NCBI GenBank assembly: GCA_032718475.1 | Contig: JAUCBJ010006749.1 | Coordinates: forward strand, 1 to 47,447 | Source: Nemertoderma westbladi | Taxonomy: Eukaryota; Animalia; Xenacoelomorpha | Reading direction: 5' to 3' | Length of the DNA: 47,447 nucleotides | In this document: positions 1 through 11,400 of the stretch, piece after piece | How the letters are laid out: each line of letters begins with the position of its first letter | Numbering within the stretch: the stretch's first letter is position 1 | Notes under the pieces: generated by a model | What the model was told of the DNA's origin: nothing | Database searches by the model: none | The model's input: only the letters and a program-made list of their open reading frames with translations | Translations under genes and position numbers: made by a program

Positions 1-637
1 CGGCAATCCGTTCAGACCTAATAACAGCCAGACAACTATCCAGCCTACAAATTATCTAAATAAAATTATACGCTACCCGTACAGACTTACACAAACAAAG
101 TACAGACTAAACGATGGCAGACCACTCTCAAGCCTAAATAAACCACAGGACATGCAGACTCCGAAATGATTAGGGAGTATGCGCTCTAACCCAGTAGTGC
201 GACTTATTCTTTAGTTGGGGGATTACCTTACCGCATTGGCTGCCCCTACTTCCTAACCGTACTTAATCGGACAAGTGCTCTACACACACTGTAATCCGTT
301 CAGACTTAACAGCAATCAGACAACAGCTCAGCCTACAAATTGTCTGTACAATCTGATCAGGTTTACACGCCTTCTGTTCAATACTGGCCTACAAACAAAT
401 AAAACTTGACAGAAATAAGTAAAATCTCAATAAAAACCAGGGCTGCAGTCCCTGATTAATTATTAAGGCCTACTGGTATATAATAATCAAAATCGAATAA
501 TACTAGTGTACTTATACTGAAGTACCGGTTAGAACAGTTAGGCCTACTGACCTACAGAGTGTACCGGTTCAGGTTTACCGGTTGACCGGTACTTTCAACT
601 TTATTGCTTACTGCAACAAAGAAGCTATATCCTTTAA
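1..637 (-). mobile_element. 5' internal (leader) region of the LTR element whose 5' LTR is 638-1867; runs out of the window
   Basis: Directly follows the LTR end on the minus strand. Its TTGCAGTAAGCAATAAAGTTG resembles TTGCAGTAGGCAATAAGGTTG downstream of the LTR at 46061-47282. Contains a ~50-bp imperfect direct repeat (6-57 vs 293-346). Confidence 0.65.
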
Positions 638-1867
638 TGTTCTCGCTTTCAGACCTTTGGCAGTTTAACCCACCAAATCAAGATGTCTTCTAGATATTAA
701 ATCTGCTTTTAGTCTATGACAAATATTTGATTCACTACACTAGTCGAAACCAATCCGTGCGCGACCATTCACCCGCTGGATATTCCCGGGAGATTGGGTT
801 CGACGGTTTAATTTTATTGCTATGTAAGCCTAATGTATTATTCGACTGACAGTATTATATAATCTCTGACAATATTATTCACCTTCGGTAATATTAACAG
901 TTCCTTTAGGACGTGGCGCTTTATCTATATAAACAGAGTTATGACTTAAACTACTCACAACGATATGGCTTAATTATAATTCACATATATGGCGCATTCT
1001 TTAGGAATTGCTTCTTTAACAGACTCACTCATACACAATGCTGCACAATACTGCACACTAATCTGCCAATCTTCACTGATTTTAGTCACATATAAAAGGA
1101 ACACAGGCTGACTCATGTAGGGTCTATCAAATAACATTAGATTCACTTCAAACCACTTTAACATAAGTCACAATCGTTATTGGTAACCTTTCTCTCTTAC
1201 CTTCGGTATATCAAGAATATTGGGTTGCGGGGTTATTTATCGTTATTCCAAATATAATAATTCATCAACCATATTATGAAGAACTGACAGTAAATAGCAG
1301 TATAAACAACAACTGAACAGTTAGGTATATCGGTACATCAGTACCGGTATGTCAGCATTGAGATATTTACAGAGATATTCAAGTAGTCCGTTAAAGGATA
1401 TATGCCCTTTATAATTAAACCTACTAGTGTAAGACTAAAAGCAGTACAGCACAAAATACTTCCAAGCCGTTCTTTCTTTGGCTCAAGTCTGAATGTAAAC
1501 ACTGCACATAGGCATTGCGTCATTTCTCGGAAATTTTCTGTACAAGGAGCCACAAAAACGCTCTCATTGGCTGACTGAACTGAGAGACGCCGTAGAACAA
1601 AGGAAATCAACACGTATGAATGTCAGCTGTTAACCGTAGTCATAGTAACTACTGTTCAAGAGTAGCTATCACCCCTTTGCGTCACGAATTGCCATAGAAT
1701 CATAAAATATGCCTTTCACAGTACACATACGGAGGAAATAGGTCTTAGATCCTCTAAAAACACCGATACAGCAATAATACGGTCTCTTACACTTATTAAA
1801 TCAACTACAGAGTATTTTAATGTAAAAGATAATAAAATAACGGGGCAATTCAGCAAAGGCTTTTACA
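638..1867 (-). mobile_element. LTR copy A (5' LTR, 1230 bp) of the TGTAAAAG...AACA family, inserted into the gag of the BEL element
   Basis: Minus strand starts TGTAAAAGCCTTTG and ends GAAAGCGAGAACA. Has CCAATGAGAGCG and CAGCTG motifs and the 30-nt block GCGCCACGTCCTAAAGGAACTGTTAATATT (890-919) shared with copies B, C and D. No TSD; abuts the BEL reading frame at 1868. Confidence 0.85.
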
Positions 1868-4800
1868 CCCGAAGAAAAAACAAGTGTACACAATGTTACT
1901 CAGAGTAAGGTGAGTAACATCAAACCGAAATGTGCGCTATGTGATGGGACCCATCGCTTAAATATGTGTGATGAATTTCTAAAGAAATCATTAACTGAGA
2001 GACGTGAAGTCATGTGGGATAAGCGGTTGTGTTATAATTGCCTCAGACATGGACACCAACGGCGAACCTGTTACTCTGACACAAGATGTGCCAAGTGCGG
2101 TGCGAAACATCATATCTTGTTGCACACTGAATTCGAGCGAAATAGTCCGAGTCAGGTAAGTGATTCCGAACTACATGTCCAATTCAGTGATGTGAACGAC
2201 ACTGATCAATCTGAGATGGAAGGATTCTATACGGACGAGTTCTCCGACGAAAACGAATCCTGTTACACGATAAATACCACAGTGTATCGAGCACTCACGT
2301 ATGAAAGAGATACGGACAGCGACCTTACCCTAACTACTTCTGATCAACAACCATTTTGGAAAGCGCCAACTTCCAATGTAGGGATTAGAGAATTTCCTGT
2401 GGTACAGGTAAGGGTCCACGGACCAAAAAGGAGTTATGTAGTGAACGCCCTCCTTGACTCCGGTAGTACAGGAACATTCATCGACAAAGAGCTAGCCGAA
2501 GACATATTCGATGGACAACCCAAGTTCCGAACTAAGCTAAACATGTCAGGAATTATGCAAGTTTGGAAATCCACAGTAACAGCGGATTATTATGTAGGTG
2601 TGTTGTCCACCCCCCAGGACGAACTAGGAGAACGTAGCATAAGGTCAGTGAAAATGGTGGCTATAAAGAATTTCACTACTACTCAAGCAGACCTTTATAA
2701 TTGGGACGAGGATGAGAGCATCCAACATCTTAAGATACCTCGATTCCAGACAGATTATCCTGGAGTGCAAATACTCATCGGTCAAAATGCGCATGAAGCG
2801 CTCGAGACATTGGAGAAACGACCTGCTCAACCGCAACCTCTACAAGTTTATGCGGGAAGAACTAGAGTAGGTTGGTACTTTACTGGCCCTTCCCGTAGAA
2901 CTCTCATGGAAAGATTACCGAAAGATCAGGTATATCAAGCGCGAGAATGGGAAGTTGAGAACAGTGAGTTCGACGATCCAACTGAGGGAACTCCATACTC
3001 CTCAGACAACGACGATATACATCAACTTTTTGATGAGGAGAATGCCATCGATCTCCTTAAGGAAAGCGAGACTTGGCAAAATCAAGTGAACTTATGTCAA
3101 CTTCTTCTCCCATCCGAGCGAGACGACTATAACGACGAGCTTAATGACGTCATTGAACGTTATAATGCCAAGACTCGGGATGAACACGCCGTAAGATTCT
3201 TTACTCAAGAGGTTGTAGAGCCCAACTCCTACGATAAGGCCCTATCGGTGGAGGAAGAAAGAGCCAAGCAGATCCAAGCGACAACTACTCGTTTTCTTAA
3301 AGATCAAGGTAGGTATGAGATCGGACTTCCTTTCCGAAAGCGAGAACCGAAGTTCATTAACAACAGACCTTTGGCGGAGAAAAGAATTGCGCAACTACAT
3401 CGACGCCTTACGGCAAATTCTTCAGCTAAAGAAATGTATCAAACACAGTTGAAGAAGTTTATTAGCAAGGGATATGCGGAGCTAGTACCAGAAGAAACAC
3501 CCATAACTGAGAGAACGTATTATTTAACTCACCATTACGTTCCCAAACCCGGTAAACCCCATGAAGTACGAGTGGTGTTCGACGGCTCCGCCCTCTATAT
3601 GGGCCAATCCCTTAATTCTGAAATGTTACCCGGACCCAACTTACTCCAATCCTTGTTGGGAATATTATTAAGGTTAAGACAATACTCCATTGCTTTCGCC
3701 TCAGATATAGAAGGCATGTTCTTACAAGTCAAAGCGCTGGATAGGGATCGAGATAGTCTACGATTTTTGTGGTGGCCTGAAGGAGACCTCAATAAGAAAC
3801 CTGTGGAGTACTGGATGACCATCCAAGCTTTTGGGATAATCTCGAGCCCTTCAAACGCCTGTTCCGTGGTGCGCACCACTGCGGATGACAACCGAGACGC
3901 CTTCTCTAAAGAAGTGATTGACAATATCAAACGAGACATCTACATGGACGATAATCTGAAGTCCCTTCCATCAGTCGAAGAAGCCATTGAGGTCGCTAAA
4001 GGAACGGTAGAATGCTTAAAAAAGGGTGGATTTCGATTAACTAAATTCACTAGCAACTCCCGTGAGTTTCTGGAGTCGATCCCGGTAGAAGATCGGGGAG
4101 CAAAAGACCTAGATCTAATAAAAGATGATCTCCCAGAAACTAAGACCCTTGGTTTGAAATGGGACACAGAAAGAGATATCCTGTTTTTCCAATTAAAACA
4201 GCGAGATAATCCAGTTCGGACTAAACGGATTTGTTTAAGTATCCTGAGCACTTATTTCGATCCATTGGGATTTATTAGCCCAGTTATATTGATTGCTCGG
4301 AGTTTAGTACAACAAATGTGGCTTGAAAACCACTCATGGGACGATCCACTTAAGGGAGAATTATTAAAGAAGTGGATGAAATGGGAAGATTCTCTACCAG
4401 CCATCGAAAACTTCATAATTTCCCGTTCATATTTTGGTCATGTTCTCCCTACGTATTCATATCAACTCCATGTGTTTGGAGACGCCAGCGATATGGGAAT
4501 CGGTATAGTAGCCTACCTAAGGGTGGAAACTCCGGACGGAATTAAAGTCGCCTTGGTTACCTCTAAGGCATTAATAAACAACAAGTTGAAAGTTCCTCGA
4601 GCGGAGTTAAAAGCGGCTCTATACGCTACAGCCATCGGCCGGAATGTAACAGAACAGATCGACTATCCCCTGGAGAAAACTGTCTACTGGACCGACGCTT
4701 TACTCGTGTTGGAGTATATAACCAATGAAGTCTGTCAGTTCAGCGTCTTCGTTACCAACAGAGTAGCTATTATACTCAGTCGCACGACGATGGATCAATG

Positions 4801-6826
4801 GAGACATTGCCCCGGAACGATTAATCCAGCAGACATCGCTTCCAGGGGAGCAACTCCACAAGAACTGGTAGATACTCCAGACTGGTTAGGTGGACCCGAC
4901 TTCCTCTACCAAGAAGAAGAAGAATGGCCTCCTCATCTTACTACAGCAGAAATTAGACAGGCCAAGGGAGCGGAGAAAGTCAAACCTAAAACTCAGGCGA
5001 GTAAATCGAAGTTATTCAAACCCACAGTAGATCTGTCTGTACTACATACTTCCGGAGACGACGCTTTGGATCAGAAACCCACAGCCACAAATAAACCCAT
5101 TGTGGAAATCCGTGATAAGGATTGGAAATCTGGCATACCAGACGTCTCGCAAGGACTCTCACCTCTTCTGCAGAGAGCGATACATCACTACAGTTCCTGG
5201 AATCGGCTTTGTAAGGCCGTTACATATTTAAAGAGATGTTTTCACCATCACTACTCTGGGATGAAAACAAAGGGTGATACCGCTCCAATCACATCAGTGC
5301 AGGTCCATGTTATTAAAGACATCCCTAAATATAAGGTACCCGACAAGTTTCTGAAGGAGAAGATCAGTTATCAGGAGCATGAAGAAACCAACAAACAGAT
5401 GCTGAGACTCTTACAATGCTATGAAGATTCCGATAAGTATTTCCTGTTGTTGAGAAATCCACAGATGCGCTTAAGGGATCGTTTCTCTAGCACAATGATA
5501 GATGGGTTGATACGTGTTGGAGGAAGGTTAACGAATGCCCCATTATCCTTTGATACTAAGTTCCCCATACTCATTAGAAATCTTGAAATACAAGTCAAGA
5601 TGATTGTAGATGTTCACAGCAAACTTTATCATGCTGGTAGAGAACGAGTTCTTAGCGAAATTCGAACTCGCTATTATTTTTATAAACCCCGTAGAGCTCT
5701 GAACCAAGTTCTTAGGAACTGTATACCCTGTAGGAAAGCATTCAGTAGGCCTTTAACACAGAGAGAGGCAGAATTACCTAGGGAACGAGTAAGCTTTTAT
5801 GAACCACCCTTTACTAATACCGGTGTGGATTTATTTGGCCCTATTGAAGTATATCGTGCTAGGACTATAGTCAAGATATGGTGTGTAATCTTTGTTTGTA
5901 TGACTTGTAGAGCCATCCATCTCGATATGGTGAACGATTTATCTACCAACAGCTTTCTATTAAGCTTACGACGACAGATCGCTCGCTTTGGCACTAGTAA
6001 CACGATGAGATCTGATAAGGGAACAAACTTCATTGGTGCCAACAATGAAATCAAAGCTTACTTCAAAGATTGGAACCAAAGACAGGTGGACGACCAACTA
6101 CGAGTAACAGCGTCTAGTTGGACCTTCAACGCCGCCGACGCCCCTTGGTGGGGAGGAAGTTGGGAGAGATTAATAAGAAGCGTGAAGACAGCATTTCATT
6201 TTATAGTGCCTTGCCGCGCTTATCTCACCGACGAACTTTTGCGGACGTTAATGGAAGAAATCGCCGCCTATCTCAACGAGAGACCGCTTATGCCAGTCTC
6301 ATCGAGTCCCGATTCCCTGGAAGCGCTAACACCCGCGCACTTCCTACTGAAGAAACCTGTAGCCATGCTCCCACAATCGGAAATCACAGACGGAGACGAA
6401 TACTGCCGACAAACTTGGCAACTCATGCAGTTGTTATCCCGTCGTTTCGCCGACCATTTCGAAAAACATTATCTGCCCACGCTACAACTTCGAACTAAGT
6501 GGTTTGCGCAGCAAGAAAACGTCAGCGCTGGAGACATGGTGCTTATTGTGGATGTGGATCTTCCACGTAAGCGGTGGCAGACAGGTCGTATAATCGAGAC
6601 GCACGTCTCAGATGACGGTTTGGTGCGATCGGTAGAACTCGTCGTCATGCGACGTAACTTCAAGAAACCGGGAATTGTCTTCGAGACGCAGCAGCTCAAT
6701 CGCCCGGTGGGACGTTTATGTTTACTGGAAAGAGACAGAGAACTCTCCGGAAACTATGGGAGACAAGATACTCTTCCCACGACCACCTCCCTAATCCAAC
6801 AAACATCTAGGGACTCCCCAACTTAA
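1868..6826 (+). CDS. BEL/Pao LTR retrotransposon polyprotein (Gag zinc knuckles, protease, RT, RNase H, integrase), 5'-truncated by LTR A
   Basis: Three Cys/His knuckles (CALCDGTHRLNMC, CYNCLRHGHQRRTC, CAKCGAKHHILLH), protease LLDSGS, RT SDIEGMFLQV...LRFLWW...YMDDNLKS, RNase H LHVFGDAS...PRAELKAA...YWTD...NPADIASRG, and integrase H-H-C-C, GVDLFGP, SDKGTNF, WERLIRSVK with the BEL-type C-terminus (GDMVL...DGLVRSV...RPVGRLCLL). The frame is open from 1868; the GTG at 1910 is not a real start. Confidence 0.96.
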   Translation, partial: PEEKTSVHNVTQSKVSNIKPKCALCDGTHRLNMCDEFLKKSLTERREVMWDKRLCYNCLRHGHQRRTCYSDTRCAKCGAKHHILLHTEFERNSPSQVSDSELHVQFSDVNDTDQSEMEGFYTDEFSDENESCYTINTTVYRALTYERDTDSDLTLTTSDQQPFWKAPTSNVGIREFPVVQVRVHGPKRSYVVNALLDSGSTGTFIDKELAEDIFDGQPKFRTKLNMSGIMQVWKSTVTADYYVGVLSTPQDELGERSIRSVKMVAIKNFTTTQADLYNWDEDESIQHLKIPRFQTDYPGVQILIGQNAHEALETLEKRPAQPQPLQVYAGRTRVGWYFTGPSRRTLMERLPKDQVYQAREWEVENSEFDDPTEGTPYSSDNDDIHQLFDEENAIDLLKESETWQNQVNLCQLLLPSERDDYNDELNDVIERYNAKTRDEHAVRFFTQEVVEPNSYDKALSVEEERAKQIQATTTRFLKDQGRYEIGLPFRKREPKFINNRPLAEKRIAQLHRRLTANSSAKEMYQTQLKKFISKGYAELVPEETPITERTYYLTHHYVPKPGKPHEVRVVFDGSALYMGQSLNSEMLPGPNLLQSLLGILLRLRQYSIAFASDIEGMFLQVKALDRDRDSLRFLWWPEGDLNKKPVEYWMTIQAFGIISSPSNACSVVRTTADDNRDAFSKEVIDNIKRDIYMDDNLKSLPSVEEAIEVAKGTVECLKKGGFRLTKFTSNSREFLESIPVEDRGAKDLDLIKDDLPETKTLGLKWDTERDILFFQLKQRDNPVRTKRICLSILSTYFDPLGFISPVILIARSLVQQMWLENHSWDDPLKGELLKKWMKWEDSLPAIENFIISRSYFGHVLPTYSYQLHVFGDASDMGIGIVAYLRVETPDGIKVALVTSKALINNKLKVPRAELKAALYATAIGRNVTEQIDYPLEKTVYWTDALLVLEYITNEVCQFSVFVTNRVAIILSRTTMDQWRHCPGTINPADIASRGATPQELVDTPDWLGGPDFLYQEEEEWPPHLTTAEIRQAKGAEKVKPKTQASKSKLFKPTVDLSVLHTSGDDALDQKPTATNKPIVEIRDKDWKSGIPDVSQGLSPLLQRAIHHYSSWNRLCKAVTYLKRCFHHHYSGMKTKGDTAPITSVQVHVIKDIPKYKVPDKFLKEKISYQEHEETNKQMLRLLQCYEDSDKYFLLLRNPQMRLRDRFSSTMIDGLIRVGGRLTNAPLSFDTKFPILIRNLEIQVKMIVDVHSKLYHAGRERVLSEIRTRYYFYKPRRALNQVLRNCIPCRKAFSRPLTQREAELPRERVSFYEPPFTNTGVDLFGPIEVYRARTIVKIWCVIFVCMTCRAIHLDMVNDLSTNSFLLSLRRQIARFGTSNTMRSDKGTNFIGANNEIKAYFKDWNQRQVDDQLRVTASSWTFNAADAPWWGGSWERLIRSVKTAFHFIVPCRAYLTDELLRTLMEEIAAYLNERPLMPVSSSPDSLEALTPAHFLLKKPVAMLPQSEITDGDEYCRQTWQLMQLLSRRFADHFEKHYLPTLQLRTKWFAQQENVSAGDMVLIVDVDLPRKRWQTGRIIETHVSDDGLVRSVELVVMRRNFKKPGIVFETQQLNRPVGRLCLLERDRELSGNYGRQDTLPTTTSLIQQTSRDSPT

Positions 6827-6844
6827 AAATGGCTGGAGTGGGTG
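6827..6844 (+). promoter_or_regulatory. Polypurine-tract-like sequence after the BEL pol stop
   Basis: AAATGGCTGGAGTGGGTG lies between the stop codon and TGT, the usual BEL PPT position. Confidence 0.65.
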
Positions 6845-7256
6845 TGTGACCATATTATTTTATATTTGTATTTGTTTTATTTTTATATTTATGTATGTAT
6901 TATTATGTAATTTTATTTTAATCGTTTTATTTTATTTTATTTAGTAACATGTTATTTTAGTGATCATTTAGTAGATTAGTGCAATATATATTCGCGTTTA
7001 TAATTTAATTACGTATATTATATATTTAGTGCGACGGCGAGAAATAATTCTTTTTCTCTTTCCTTACTGCCCGTATTACATTATCAATACGTGACTACAG
7101 TAAGATGAAATCTTCGTACTTATTAAAGTACAATAAAGCCACTACTATATTCAAGTATTATTGGTAGGCAGAGTATTAGGAATGCAAAGTTCAGATCCTC
7201 GTGTCTCGGCTAAACCAAGCTCTGGGTAGACCTTGGAAACGACTTGCCTCTTCACA
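6845..7256 (+). mobile_element. Probable 3' LTR (412 bp) of the BEL element
   Basis: TGTGA...TCACA 5-bp inverted termini, preceded by a PPT-like tract, with AATAAA at 7132-7137. No second copy in the window confirms the right end. Confidence 0.55.
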
Positions 7257-7352
7257 CTGACATTGCTTCATGCGATATTGCTCTCATACCGTATATTAAA
7301 TAATACATATAGTAGCGTGATGTCCCTTTAACAGTAGCGTATAATGCAAAAT

Positions 7353-7683
7353 AAATCTGTTAAACCCTTTGACCATATGTAATTCTAGTCGATTAAGATA
7401 TCGCGGCACCCACCGATATACTTGAAAGACAAATTTCTAGAATCAATGGTTAACGTCTCCAGACAAGTTCTGGAATAAACTGGTGCCCATCCTAAATATT
7501 AATTATTAATATTTACAAAAATCTGTCAAATATCAGATCCTTTAAAATTCTAGTCGATTAAGATATCGTAGCACTTACCGATACTCTTAAAAGGACAAAA
7601 TTCCTAGAATCAAGGATCCCAGTCCCCAGACACGTTCTGGAATAAAATTGTGTCCATTTTAATATTAAATAATAAAATTTACG
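7353..7683 (+). repeat. Two ~165-bp tandem units, each a long hairpin
   Basis: AATTCTAGTCGATTAAGATATCG occurs at 7381 and 7546. Both units also share CTAGAATCAA and CCAGAC..GTTCTGGAATAAA. Confidence 0.85.
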
Positions 7684-8469
7684 GGAATAAATTTAAGTTC
7701 ATATATTTCAATGAATTTAATAAATTGTCATTTTATACAATTTATAACATTCCCAAAATTCCATTAATTAATAGATCATGGGAGCGGAGATTCACTCTAT
7801 TAAGTGTATTTGTGTGCGAGAATCTCCAATGTATAGTCAATAGCCGATAAAATTCATAGAATCATGTATAAAGGGGATATTGACCATTAAAGAATTACTA
7901 TTAAATAGCATCCCAGATCTGTATGCATGAGAATTACCCTAATTCTACCGCTAGCTTTCCATAATGTCACCATGGCAACAACCACGCTAGAATTAGAAGT
8001 GAGTTAAAAGAACAATAGAAAGCATGCCCCATTGAATAGCATAGGGAATAAATAGCGCACTGCTAGTATCCAAGGATACATAATAAATACAGTGACATTC
8101 TGGAAGGTACTGACTAACGGACAAATGGCCCGAATGTGTACAGTTTGTTGCAGTTGTGTTGAATTTGTGCGTTTGTAGGTGAATGTTACTACTAAGGTGT
8201 GTTTACAGTAGCGAGTCGCAATTGTGAAAGTAACCCTAACTCTCCAAGAAGAACCTGCAGTACATCTAAGCCTTTGGGACGGACAGTGAAGTGACTTGTG
8301 CCGGTTATCGTTGTCGTTGTGTAGCTACATCGTTGGCGAAAGCACAGCGACGACGGTACATCGGCGCTGAGGATCTTACACTGTCCGGGGGCAAAAGAGG
8401 GATAGGCAGCGACGCCCGCTAGCCTAATATATATAGACTCATTATAATATTGATAAACTCATAGCAGAT

Positions 8470-11400
8470 ATGACTGAGTTGATAGAAGATGATCTTGGCA
8501 TCAGGGAGCGATATACTCTACCTTTACAAGCGTTTGTCGATAGCTTGATACGCGGCGACGCTGGTCCAACTACTACGGAGGATGATGGTCGTTATATCGA
8601 ACCGCCGATGTCCCCGGAGCAACTTACGCGTGAATTGGACTATAGAAAGTTCACCGCTCGCTATACGCATCGTAATGGTACGTATATGGACTTCTTAACT
8701 ACCGGCCACCCTATCGATTTACACGATACGGACGATGTGGATACCGAAAGGGAAATGGTTTTATTTAAATATCATACCCAACGGAATCGGAACGATAAGC
8801 CAAGAATAGAACACGAGAACTCTATTCGAAACCGACTCGAAAGAGAAGACGTTGCAGAACCGGATAAACGCAACGACTTCAACGATTATCTGGAATTCTT
8901 GAGAGAAACATACCTCAATATTGCCAGTCAACAAAATCTCGAAACTCGATATCCTCAAGGTATACATCATGATCCTATGATAGAACTCAAACGACTCTAT
9001 TTCACTATGATGTATCTTACCGCCGATCGACCGCTACCTGTTGTCCCAGATAGCTTCGAACAGATGGAGGAATATTGTAAAACTGGAGAACGATCACCCG
9101 CGTTTCCTCTGCAAGACATGCGTCTTTGGTATTACTGTGACGAATGCCCTAGACCCAATCAGCAAACGGAAAGACATAAACATCCGCAGAGACGTTGCGC
9201 TAAACACAGTTTTACACGATATACTTACGGGAGTTTCGAGCAAAACCTGTTCGACGTGTCCCCGGCGGTCGCTCGACTCAAGCGATCCTTGAACAAACCG
9301 ATGATCAGAGTTCCGGAATACTCGGTCAGACCTCCGCATTCCTCAGTTAGACCTCAAACTCTTGACCCTAATAGTATCACGGATCCTCCCGAACTGTACT
9401 CACTGTTCAAAGATCTAGTGTTACCCGAACAGTTGATCGGTGGCACTCCGGTAGTAGGCTCACGAGACATTCGCCAACCCTACCTAGCTGGATTGGGACG
9501 TGGTCATCTAATATCGCCGTTTAACCCATACAACCGTCCCGGCTTCACCTCTATCCAACCCGTTACGGAAGTCGAAGAGAGCGTCGTACGAAACGCATTA
9601 GACGCTATTCGGCAGAAAATCGGAAAGGGAACGTACGATTGTTTGGAGAAGCGTAAATTGCAGCAACAAGTCCAAGCGGTGAAGGAATTAGCTTTACCCC
9701 AGTTCGATAGAGAAATACAAAATCTCGAGGAGGACATCGAACGTGGACGAACCTACTCTTTACAAGAGTTTCTAGATGAGCGTCTACAACAACAACCGGA
9801 GGAGAATCAGCTCGAGGAGAGACATATAGAACTGGATGAGAGAGAAGAAGCGGCTTTAGCTCAACCCGAAGCGCAAATCCTTATGACGGATCTCTACTCT
9901 AAAACCATTCTTCATCCCTCGATGGTTCCCCATTTCGGAGACAAACTTTTTGCGACGGCACAACCCCAACCGGTTGATATCAACCTAAGATCTCGCGATC
10001 TTATCGCAGACGCTCCTCTGTTGCAGCGTCCGCCCATCGAACCCGCTCGTGTCGATGGTATACTCGTTGAACCTCCGGACAATAGAGCAGATCTTGTCTG
10101 TCGCATGGTACACGATGTAAACATACGCGCTAGACCTTTACCGGACTCGTTTTATGGGATCAAAGATCACCCTTATTACGTCAATCTAAAACAATATTAC
10201 ATGGTAAAACCGGAAGATCCTACACATAGTCTGAAGTTTCTACCGTTAATAAATCCTCTCGATCTTGTCGAACTCGAACAACTGCAGAAACATCTGGATC
10301 AGTTAGTTAAAGTAAACTCGTTTCGAAAACCATATAATGTTTCCAGAATAGAGAAAGAAACAATACCTCCGTATAATCTTGATGGATTCATCAAAACTCG
10401 TTTAGTGCACTGGAATCTTGATGTGTTATTCGAGGAGGAAAGAATACAACGATATGGAGATGTGGAAACATATACCACACAATATTTAAAGTATAAAGAC
10501 CTGCCTAATGCTAGCGAATGTGCTACCTTGTGGCATCCTGTGGGAATGACACTCGAAAACGCCACTAAAGAGTGGAACGAAACTCTTAACGTTATCGAGA
10601 TGTATGGAGTTGTCACTTACGATAACGAAGGTAGCGTTCCGGTTGGAGAACTTGGAACTACGCGGATGATACATATACGAGGACTCGCTGGTTCTACCCA
10701 CGTATTTACTCGAGCGTGTTCCGACGTTATTGATTATTCTTTTGAAACTCTTACTGAGACACAAAAGAAACTCCGACATGGACAATTTGAACTCGCGCAG
10801 CGTTACGTCACCGACACCGAGCGCAAGCCGGCCATGGGTATCGATGGATCGATGTTACCCCAACCCGTGCTCGAGATGCTGTTTAACGAAGGAATCCTTA
10901 AAATCGGCTCAGCTGTTTATGGAGACCTACAGAACGACTTTCGGAATATGGAGAACATTCCATACCCCTTCGTTGATACTCAGCTGATTGCTCCTTGGGC
11001 AGAAGGCCGAGGTTTCTTCCGCACTATGTATGCCAATACACCCAGCGGAATTACCAAAGTACAACGAACCTCCATCGGACATCTTGCCTTTCAAGAATAC
11101 GGATGGAATTTCAAGGTTGGAAATCCTATAAATTACCAACAAGTATACGGAGATCACTATTCTCGTTTATACTTTGATGGACCATTGACCGCACCTGGCG
11201 CCGTGTATAGCTTTATGAGTGTTCCACTTCGTCCCTCCTTAGCTATATACACGATCTTTGAAAACGCAGCACTTGCCGGTTGGCTAGCCGATGTGTGCAG
11301 TCGTACTATACGCGCCCATCCCTTAATACTTGGAACCAAACTCGCCAAGTTAGATGAACACAATAAATTCATCCGCTTTGAATGTTTCAGGCGCTTTCTG

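Noticed and set aside
1904-1916. GTG start or AG|GTGAGT splice donor at the ORF-track start
   Set aside because: The frame is open upstream to the LTR junction and reads as gag-like sequence; nothing else supports splicing.
7162-7173. TGGTAGGCAGAG as an initiator-Met PBS (TGGTAGCAGAG)
   Set aside because: Needs an insertion, is not preceded by CA, and can pair locally with ACTTGCCT inside the probable 412-bp LTR.
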